From NCBI GenBank assembly GCA_002269645.1, contig NIVC01004754.1, positions 1 to 36,094 on the forward strand: 36,094 bases of DNA, in the 5' to 3' direction. Shown here piece by piece: positions 11,801-19,593 of this stretch. Positions within the stretch are counted from its first letter, which is position 1. Every line of letters starts with the position of its first letter. Both the position numbers and the translations under genes were made by a program. Under the pieces are notes generated by a model, which made no database searches, was not told the DNA's origin, and saw only the letters and a list, made by a program, of their open reading frames with translations. This stretch comes from Macrostomum lignano (Eukaryota).

Positions 11801-13651
11801 GAGATAGAAGATTAAAGAGTAGATTAGAGAGAAAAGAGCTGAGAAGAGCCGCAAACCTTGAGCAGGCCGGATTGATAGAGAGCAAGATAGAGAGGCTTGG
11901 TATCCCGCATGTGGCCGAAGTTGGCCGACACCTCAACTTAATAAATCTTAAAAATAACGATCAATGTTTTTTCTTTCCAACCCAGCCACCTGGAGTGCGG
12001 AGTATGCAGTTGCCATGGCAACTACAGCGGCGACTCGTGCCAATGCGACGCCCAGACCGGGTCCCAGGTTGACCAGTGCCACTCCGGCGACGTATCGAAT
12101 ATTTGCAGCAAGAACGGCCGGTGCGTGTGCAACAAATGCGTGTGCTACAAGGACAATTACTATGGCAAACTGTGCGAACTGGACAAGCTGTCCTGCCCGG
12201 ACTCCTGGGACACCAAGGAGCCCTGCGGCGGGCCCAGTCGAGGCGAATGCGACGGCAAAAGGACGTGCATTTGCAAGCCTGGCTACTCTGAGAAAGACTG
12301 CTCATGCTCAGACGCTAACAAGCTCAAACCGGACTGTCATTCTAAGAAAGAGCAATACAAAGATATGCAGTGCTCAAATCACGGCACCTGCATCTGCGGC
12401 CGATGCGTCTGCGAAGCCCTGTGGTCCTCTGATCCGCACTGCGACACCAAGGCTGGATCAACTGGCAGCCTGTGCAACGACGAAGGCCTCCGCCGATGCG
12501 TTGAGTGCGTGTTCAATCATCGGAAACTGGCGCCCGAGGACCGGCAGACCCAGTGCAACTGCAGCCTGGTTGAGGAGGGCGTCTGGATTGACGCTAGCAA
12601 GTGGGTGTCTCTGGCGTCTGTTCGTTCTAAGCTTTTTGAAAAATTAGTGCGGAATCTAAAATATGAGATTAGAGAGAATCTAGCAGATGAGATGACAGAG
12701 ATTGGGATTGGATTAGTAGAAATATTATTAAGAATGGTATCGGATTAGATTAGACAATCTATAAGATTAAATAGACTAGGAGATGAGACTAGAGAATTTA
12801 GGAAATGAGATTGGAGAGAATCCAAGGGATGAGATTAGAGAGAATCTAGGCAATGAGATTAGAGAGAATCTAGGAGATAAGATTGAAGAGAATCTAGGAA
12901 TTGAGATTAGAGATAATCTAGAAAATGAAGTTCGAGATAATCTAGAAAATGAGATTAGAGCATCTAGAAAATGATATTAGACACACAATTAACGAGATGA
13001 GATTAGAAGAGAACCTAGAAAATGAGATTAGAGTATCTACGAGTAGATGAGACTAGAGATAATTTAAATCAGATAAAAGAGAAACTATATATGATTAGAT
13101 CAGATCTTGGTCAAGACTAAAGTAAACCTAGGGTGTTATGATAGATGTTAGGAGAGATTGGAGGAAGTCGAAGTTGTGAGACTAGAGAAAATATTGGTGA
13201 GATTAGAAGCTAATATTAACAGCCTCATGCCTGCTCATCCCTAATTAGGATCCAGTTGACTCCCCAAAGCGAGGTGATCAACGACAAGAGCACCTGCGTG
13301 CTCAACATGGCCAACGAGTGCAGCCTCTTGTACGGCTACATCATCGGGGACGGCAGCATTGGCAGCAGGTCTATTCGCAACATGACGCTGTTCATCCAGG
13401 AGGAGAAGCAGTGCCGCGACCGGGTGTCTCCGCTCATTCTCGTGCTCATCGTAGTAGCCGCCGTGGTAATTGTCGGCATCATCATCCTGCTGATTTGGAA
13501 GGCTCTGATCACGATATCCGACCGGCGAGAGTTCGCCAAATTCAAGAGTCAGACTCAGAACTCCGCCTGGGGCGCCGGGGAGAATCCGGTCTATCGAGAT
13601 CCCAACACCACCGTCACTAATCCCGTGTTTGCCGGCAAGAACGACTTTTGA
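5620..13651 (+). CDS. ITGB: Integrin beta subunit (beta1/betaPS-like), 6 exons: join(5620-5877,7095-7496,8024-8295,10717-11223,11986-12600,13249-13651), 818 aa
   Basis: All five introns are GT-AG with matching phases (0,0,2,2,2); the CDS is 2457 nt with no internal stop. Domains in order: signal peptide, PSI (CSACIKLHSSCAWC), betaI with MIDAS DKSHS, FVDK, SANLDAPEG, DGGFHMAGDG, DYPSIGQ; hybrid; four I-EGF; beta-tail; TM; cytoplasmic tail with NPVY and NPVF motifs. Confidence 0.95.
6005..6720. repeat. Intronic minisatellite, 32-34 bp unit (CACAACCTGTCACATCTGGCTCTTTATTGAGT)
   Basis: About 20 copies, degenerating rightwards, in integrin intron 1. Confidence 0.9.
7095..7496 (+). CDS. ITGB: Integrin beta exon 2 (hybrid/betaI start, MIDAS)
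   Basis: Acceptor CCCAG|ATC, donor GAA|GTAAAT; contains YPVDMYILSDKSHSM and GFFVDKPVFPY. Confidence 0.92.
7660..7960. repeat. Intronic minisatellite, 39-bp unit (CTCTTTAACCTTATTTGTACCGGTGCTACCTTTGCCCGA)
   Basis: About 6 near-perfect copies plus degenerate flanks in integrin intron 2. Confidence 0.92.
8024..8295 (+). CDS. ITGB: Integrin beta exon 3 (betaI domain)
   Basis: Acceptor ATTAG|GTC, donor AG|GTGCGT; ISANLDAPEGSLDALLQ, IGWR, DGGFHMAGDG, CHL. Confidence 0.92.
8345..9950. repeat. Complex GAGT/GAGAAGT microsatellite (~1.6 kb) in integrin intron 3
   Basis: Continuous run of GAGT, GAGAAGT and GAGGAGT units with almost no C; 230-bp higher-order period at 9161/9391/9621. Confidence 0.95.
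10717..11223 (+). CDS. ITGB: Integrin beta exon 4 (betaI end, hybrid, start of I-EGF1)
   Basis: Acceptor TTCAG|A, FDYPSIGQ...SVIFA...LCNCPEC, donor GG|GTGAGT. Confidence 0.92.
11330..11835. repeat. Purine-rich (GA) minisatellite, ~25-bp unit GAGAGGGAGAAGAGAAGGGAGATGA, integrin intron 4
   Basis: Direct inspection; source of the Leu/Ser-rich minus-strand ORFs. Confidence 0.9.
11986..12600 (+). CDS. ITGB: Integrin beta exon 5 (I-EGF1-4, beta-tail start)
   Basis: Acceptor CCCAG|C; repeated CxxxGxCxCGxCxC EGF pattern; donor AA|GTGGGT. Confidence 0.92.
12660..13210. repeat. Degenerate ~24-bp minisatellite (GAAAATGAGATTAGAGAGAATCTA) in integrin intron 5
   Basis: Repeated GAGATTAGAGA..AATCTAG cores. 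Confidence 0.8.
13249..13651 (+). CDS. ITGB: Integrin beta exon 6 (beta-tail, TM, cytoplasmic tail)
   Basis: Acceptor ATTAG|G; TM LILVLIVVAAVVIVGIIILLIWK; SDRREFAKF; NPVY; NPVF; TGA at 13649-13651. Confidence 0.93.
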
Positions 13652-13728
13652 TCGGCTTTTTTAATTGTTGAATATGAAACTGCGATGTTTCTGCGTCTTT
13701 TACACAAGTTTATGCTCTAAGTTTACTT

Positions 13729-14255
13729 TGAAGTTTAGCAATCTACTTAGGGTGAGATTTTGAAGTTTAGCAATCTACTTAGGGTGAGATTTTGAAGTTT
13801 AGCAATCTACTTAGGGTGAGATTTTGAAGTTTAGCAATCTACTAGGGGTGAGATTTTTAAGTTTAGCTATCTACTAGGGGTGAGATTTTTAAGTTTAGCT
13901 ATCTACTAGGGGTGAGATTTTTAAGTTTAGATATCGATCTACTAGGGGTGAGATTTTGAAGTTTAGATATCGATCTACTAGGGGTGAGATTTTGAAGTTT
14001 AGATATCGATCTACTGGGGTGAGATTTTGAAGTTTAGATATTGATCTACTGGGGGTGAGATTTTAAAGTTTAATTATCCACTAGGGTGAGATTTTGAAGT
14101 TTAGCTATCTACTAAAGGTAAGATCTTAAAGTTTAGCTATCTACTAAGGGTAAGATCTTGAAGTTCAGATATCGATCTACTGGGGTGAGATTTTGAAGTT
14201 TGTTTATCTACTAGGGTGAGATTTTGAAGTTTAGATATTTTCTAGGGGTGAGATG
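13729..14255. repeat. 32-bp minisatellite containing TTAGGG (TTTGAAGTTTAGCAATCTACTTAGGGTGAGAT), just downstream of the integrin stop
   Basis: Period 32 (GAAG at 13730, 13762, 13794); about 16 copies, diverging rightwards. Confidence 0.92.
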
Positions 14256-14607
14256 ATTTTAAAGATGCTTAACTTTTAAGTTTGACTGTCGCTCTGTCGA
14301 GTGTTTATGGTTAAAGTCCATGCTGCTTTTTAAGCTTGTTATTGTCAACAACTTTTTGTTGTCAGCTTTACTTGGACAAGCGGCTTCCATTTGTACCCGC
14401 TTAGCGTTGCTTTCCGCTGCATGTCTTACTAGCATCAGTAGTACCTTATGTACTTTATTTGCCATACAGTAAAAACGGATTTTTCAATGTGCTTGCTTTT
14501 TCACTAGCTTAATTATGTTGCATGATTGCGTTCGCAACATTTTCTTAGTTTTTCACATTTTAAGTGCCATGCAGTATAGGCTCTTCTGTCTATTTTATGC
14601 AACATCC

Positions 14608-14840
14608 AACCCTACTGTTCACCCTAGAAACTCCTGTCTCTATAATGTACACTCAGAAGAACATCTACCCCTAGTGAACACTCTGGAAAACCCCTGTCCC
14701 CCATAATGTACACTCAGTAGAAATTCTACCCCTAGTGTACACTCTGGAAAACCCCTGTCCCCCATAATGTACACTCAGGAGAACTCCTACCCCTAGTGTA
14801 CACTGTGGAAAACCCCTGCCCTTATAATGTACACTGTAGA
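14608..14840. repeat. 61-bp tandem repeat x~3.7 (CCCCTAGTGTACACTCTGGAAAACCCCTGTCCCCCATAATGTACACTCAG...)
   Basis: TAGTG at 14672, 14733 and 14794. Confidence 0.88.
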
Positions 14841-15703
14841 AAGGCTCTTGCATAACATTGAAAATTTTATTAATAACAACCCTGATACACTGTTTAGGCG
14901 TATCACTTAGTGACGATATTGTGTTTATGCTAAAGCATAGCATATTAAATTTTTGTAAATAAATTTTTTTACGAGCTAAAAAATTGTTCTCATTTCACGT
15001 CAATTTTTTTAACTTTCTAGTGAAATGTTTTGTCATTTAAAGAAAAGAATTTCTTGATGCTATTTATAAGCTGTTGTATATTAGTACTACTACTATACAT
15101 GTTGGTGTGCTTAAAACCTCTATATTATTGTCAGTAGCATGAACTGCTACAAAAATCAAATATTATATTTGCTATAGTTAGGTGCCTCAGTAGTTCCGTC
15201 TGATCGATAGCAAACCGGATGCATGATTATTATTTTGCCTTTTCAAGCAGCTTTTTATGATGTGTTTGCTGCATGATATATTTGTTTGTTTGTTATATTC
15301 AATGCAGTCGCCTATAAGTACTATATTTATTATATATGTAATACGTTTGTATTTATTCATTGTTTAGCAATTGCTCTCTAAAAACTACAATAACTATGCT
15401 AATATTTAATAAATAAATTTAATAATCGGAATAAACTTTTGCTAAAACATTATTAAATGATTTTATAACGCAAAACTCAATTTCTTCATCAAATTGTCTA
15501 ATATAGAGATGAATTTTTTAGAGGCGTGTGCAAAATTTGTGTATAAATAAAACTGAGGAATGCACAAAAGATGATTTATTTTTCAAACAGAGTTATTAGT
15601 CTGAAAGAATCTTGTCGATAGTTGCAATATATGCGCCGTGGTTTATAAAATGATGTGAAATGCCAAATAAGTGGCAAAAAGTGCATTAATATAAGCATGA
15701 AGG

Positions 15704-15894
15704 CAGGCAAGGACTACTTAAAGTAGGATGGGAACTGCGTTTCTTGGAAATGTTTAGAAAATTCTTGGAGAATCATTTCTTAGCTGTCTGAAAAATGAAA
15801 CCCTATCTCCGTAATGCATTTTTTCAGTAAAATCTGTCTCCTAAAAATTTTCAAGAAGCGTAGTTTTCCATCATTCTACTTAAAGTAGTCCCTG
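15704..15894. mobile_element. hAT-like MITE, 191 bp, ~50-bp imperfect TIRs, 8-bp TSD
   Basis: Left CAGG-CAAGGACTACTTAAAGTAGGATGGGAACTGCGTTTCTTGGAAATGTTTAG versus reverse complement of right end CAGGGACTACTTTAAGTAGAATGATGGAAAACTACGCTTCTTGAAAATTTTTAG. Flanks CATGAAGG (15696-15703) and CATGACGG (15895-15902) match 7/8. Confidence 0.75.
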
Positions 15895-16252
15895 CATGAC
15901 GGTATAATAATATACGGTATTAAGAGAACATCAAAAAACATCTAGAAAGTCAGTAAATTGGAAAATATATTATAAGACCATGTCGCGTATAACCTGTTTT
16001 AGTTAACTTGCGTCTAAACTACTTATTTAAAAGCTAATAAGTAGTTTGATGACATATTGATGTAATATTTTGTGCTATATGAAGTAACAGATAGAAAAAT
16101 TAAATATTAGTTTTAAAAATGAGAAAAGGTTCCAATTGACAAGAGAAAAACCTAAAAAGTCAAACGAAGATTTAACAAATAATGAGATTTGTCCTTTCCT
16201 GTCCTTAATAGCTACTAGCATTACTATTCTGTAGCTAATAATCAAAGCCATG

Positions 16253-16461
16253 TTAATCCAGGTACCAAACGCAGTCGGGCCCTTTGTTGGCCACGCCGGT
16301 CAGCTTGCCATTTCTAATAGCCAGGTAGCGCTGGCCGAACTTGGCAAAAATCACCACCGCCCTGCGGCCGTCCGTGGACTCCTCGTCCGAGATCAGCAGC
16401 CACTCTTCGGCGCCGTAGTGCTGGCCCTTCGTGTAGATGTAGTCACCGTTCGGGTCGTAGC
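16253..16461 (-). CDS. TIR/beta-trefoil gene exon 4 (last)
   Basis: Acceptor CCCCCAG|GC; GYDPNGDYIYTKGQHYGAEEWLLISDEESTDGRRAVVIFAKFGQRYLAIRNGKLTGVANKGPDCVWYLD*. Confidence 0.85.
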
Positions 16462-19330
16462 CTGGGGGAGATAGTGATTATCAGAGTGAGGGAGATAATG
16501 ATTATCAGAGTGAGGGAGATAATGATTATCAGAGTGAGGGAGATAATGATTATCAGAGTGAGGGAGATAATGATTATCAGAGTGAGGGAGATAATGATTA
16601 TCAGAGTGAGGGAGATAATGATTATCAAAATGAGGGAGATGATGATTATCCAAATGGGGAAGATAATGATGATCAGGGTGAGGGAGATAATGATTATCAA
16701 AATGGGGAAGATAATGATTATCAGGGTGAGGGAGATAATGATTATCAGAGTGAGGGAGATAATGATTATCAGAGTGAGGGAGATAATGATTATCAGAGTG
16801 AGGGAGATAATGATTATCAGAGTGAGGGAGATATTGATTATCAGAGTGAGGGAGATAATGATTATCAGGGTGAGGGAGATAATGATTATCAAAATGGGGA
16901 GATAATGATTATCAGAGTGAGGGAGATAATGATTATCAGAGTGAGGGCGATAATGATTATCAGAGTGAGGGCGATAATGATTATCAGAGTGAGGGAGATA
17001 ATGATTATCAGAGTGAGGGAGATAATGATTATCAGAGTGAGGGAGATAATGATTATCAGAGTGAGGGAGATATTGATTATCAGAGTGAGGGAGATAATGA
17101 TTATCAGAGTGAGGGAGATAATGATTATCAAAATGAGGGAGATGATGATTATCCAAATGGGGAAGATAATGATTATCAGGGTGAGGGAGATAATGATTAT
17201 CAAAATGGGGAGATAATGATTATCAGAGTGAGGGAGATAATGATTATCAGAGTGAGGGCGATAATGATTATCAAAGTGAGGGCGATAATGATTATCAGAG
17301 TGAGGGAGATAATTATTATCAGAGTGAGGGAGATATTGATTATCAGAGTGAGGGAGATAATGATTATCAGAGTGAGGGAGATATTGATTATCAGAGTGGG
17401 GGAGATAATGATTATCAGAGTGAGGGAGATAATGATTATCAGGGTGAGGGAGATATTGATTATCAGAGTGAGGGAGATAATGATTATCAGAGTGAGGGAG
17501 ATATTGATTATCAGAGTGAGGGAGATAATGATTATCAGAGTGAGGGAGATATTGATTATCAGAGTGAGGGAGATAATGATTATCAGAGTGAGGGAGATAT
17601 TGATTATCAGAGTGGGGGAGATAATGATTATCAGAGTGAGGGAGATAATGATTATCAGAGTGAGGGAGATATTGATTATCAGAGTGAGGGAGATAATGAT
17701 TATCAGAGTGAGGGAGATATTGATTATCAGAGTGAGGGAGATAATGATTATCAGAGTGAGGGAGATAATGATTATCAGAGCGCATAATGATTGGGACTGT
17801 GATGCAGAGTCATATTCAGCCTCACTCACCGAGGTACTGCTTAGTTTGGTAGTTGCGGAAGTAGTGGATCTCAGACTTGGGCTCCAGCTTGCTCTCCTCC
17901 CAGTAGCTGGTGTCCTCGGGCGTGTCTCGCAGCACCAGGGTGCTCCGGCTGCCGCTAGCCTGGTGGTGCTTCACCTCGCCTGCGCATGGGGGAATGATAG
18001 AGGTGTTTGCGTCTTATTGATATGCAAGGCTGTGCAAATGTCATCATTTCTTTGGTAGCTTGTTAATGTACCGACGATCTGGAATGCCTTCGAGCGCGTT
18101 ATCATGTCATTTACATGTGCATGAACATAAACTTGAACCGATTAGGGAGTTAGGGTTGCCGATTAGGGTATTAGGGTATTAGGGATTGCAAACAAAGGAC
18201 AATTTAAGTTTGCCAATTAAGGTATTAGGGTTTGTCAATTAGGGCATTAGGGCATGCCAATTAGGGTGCTAGAGACTCCAATTAGGGTTCAATTGACGCC
18301 AGTTAGAGATACTAATTCGGACATTAGGGCCAGCGAATTCGATGAAGCACTAGCGCCAAATTGAAAGCGAGGCCTATAAACTAATTGAATAAATGCTACA
18401 ACAATATTAACACCCCTAACTCTGACTCACCCGATTCGGCCAGAAATTTTCCCAACTGGCTGTGCCTGAAAGCTCGGCCGGGTTTCTTCTTCAAATCCAC
18501 CTTGAGCGCCGGAGGCTGGGATGGACTGGCCTGGCCAATTTTGAGTTTGTCTCCGGCAGCGTGGATGATTTCTTTAGTAAGCGACACGATGCTGTTGTCG
18601 AAGGCCTCATCACGTCGGAAGTCCATCCAGAGCAGTCCGGCCGTGATGATGCCCAACCAGCCGGTGGCCTTGAACTTCAGCTCGGCCATGGCCGGCACGA
18701 TTGGGACGTCGCGAGCGTCGGCATAGTTGAGCTCCTTCTTGCAGTTTTTGGACTCCTGGTACTTGGCAGTGATGAACGGGCATACCACCGCTGCGTTGTC
18801 TACGCCTGCGGCCATGCTGTGGTTGTTTTGGGGAGAGTGCCAGTTCAGTTTAGGGGAGTGCCAGTTCAGTTTAGGGGAGTGCCAGTTCAGTTTAGGGGAG
18901 CCTTTTCAGTTTAGGGGAGTGCCATTTTAGTTTAGGAGAGTGCCATTTTAGTTTAGGGAAGTGCCTTTTCAGTTTAGGGGAGTGTCGTGGGATTAAATTA
19001 TAACTGGAGCGCCTTGATTTAATTTTTAATTGTTAGATCATGTTGCCTTGTATTTATATGCAAATTCTTCCATGCACAGCTTTGGCTCTACTACTCATAC
19101 TTCTACTTTATGCCAGTACTATACTACTTCTCCTACTGTAAGTAGCTTATTAGAGTATATTTAAAATTAAAGCTGCCTTTTAAGCTATATATATACCTGT
19201 CATTGATGTTACCGCTCATTCCACCATGGATGTCCATCCACACGGCGATTCCCTGAGACTGGAGGGCTTCGTAAACTTTCTTGACAAGGGCCTGCTTGTC
19301 CCACTGGTACGAGAGCATCACGTGACTCAT
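16253..19330 (-). CDS. TIR-domain protein with C-terminal predicted beta-trefoil domain, 4 exons: complement(join(16253-16461,17830-17979,18431-18816,19197-19330)), 292 aa
   Basis: Three GT-AG introns with matching phases (2,1,1); CDS 879 nt ending in TAA. N-terminus MSHVMLSYQWDKQALVKKVYEALQSQGIAVWMDIHGGMSGNINDSMAAGVDNAAVVCPFITAKYQESKNCKKELNYA...GWLGIITAGLLWMDF fits the invertebrate TIR_2 pattern. The C-terminus has three pseudo-repeats with (G/K/R)x(F/Y)L...W. Confidence 0.9.
16470..17780. repeat. 24-bp minisatellite (GAGGGAGATAATGATTATCAGAGT) x~54 filling intron 3 of the TIR gene
   Basis: Direct inspection; each unit contains the palindrome GATAAT-G-ATTATC. Confidence 0.95.
17830..17979 (-). 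CDS. TIR/beta-trefoil gene exon 3
   Basis: Acceptor GCGCAG|GC, donor G|GTGAGT; 150 nt; EVKHHQASGSRSTLVLRDTPEDTSYWEESKLEPKSEIHYFRNYQTKQYL. Confidence 0.85.
18142..18329 (+). repeat. Degenerate telomere-like tract (11 TTAGGG hexamers in ~190 bp) in TIR gene intron 2
   Basis: TTAGGG at 18142, 18150, 18163, 18171, 18179, 18225, 18239, 18247, 18261, 18282 and 18324. Confidence 0.8.
18431..18816 (-). CDS. TIR/beta-trefoil gene exon 2 (bulk of TIR, linker, start of trefoil)
   Basis: Acceptor CCACAG|C, donor G|GTGAGT; matches ORF 18396-18815. Confidence 0.9.
18830..18985. repeat. 21-bp minisatellite (GGGGAGTGCCAGTTCAGTTTA) x~7 in TIR gene intron 1
   Basis: Direct inspection; abuts the exon 2 acceptor. 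Confidence 0.9.
19197..19330 (-). CDS. TIR/beta-trefoil gene exon 1 (coding)
   Basis: ATG at 19330; MSHVMLSYQW...VWMD TIR box-1-like motif; donor AG|GTATAT. Confidence 0.88.
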
Positions 19331-19593
19331 GGTTCTATTTTTAGGAATTGGAAAATGATGCTTAGCAGAAAACCAATTAATCAAAGCTTGTAATAGTGGC
19401 ATAATTCAATATTCAGATAATCAATAACCTCAATAAACCTGTCAAAGCATTAATCTGACATTTATAAATCATTATTTCGAGTATTGCTTTGAACACTTTC
19501 AGATTTAGAAAATAAAAAACGTTCATCTTCGTCTAGACTAGAAAACAAAAATATTACACTGACACTTTGTTTAATTACGAAATTAAAATAGTA

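Noticed and set aside
11184-11936. Leu/Ser/Pro-rich ORFs here and in the CT-rich halves of every array copy (20283-35214)
   Set aside because: Low-complexity pyrimidine tracts cannot form stop codons; indels between near-identical copies shift frames freely.
16393-18058. Long ORFs (up to 298 aa) of DNHYLPHS / IIIISLTL / MIIRVRE repeats on both strands
   Set aside because: They arise because the 24-bp intronic minisatellite has a unit length divisible by 3 and lacks stops in several frames; the region is bounded by the TIR gene's splice sites.
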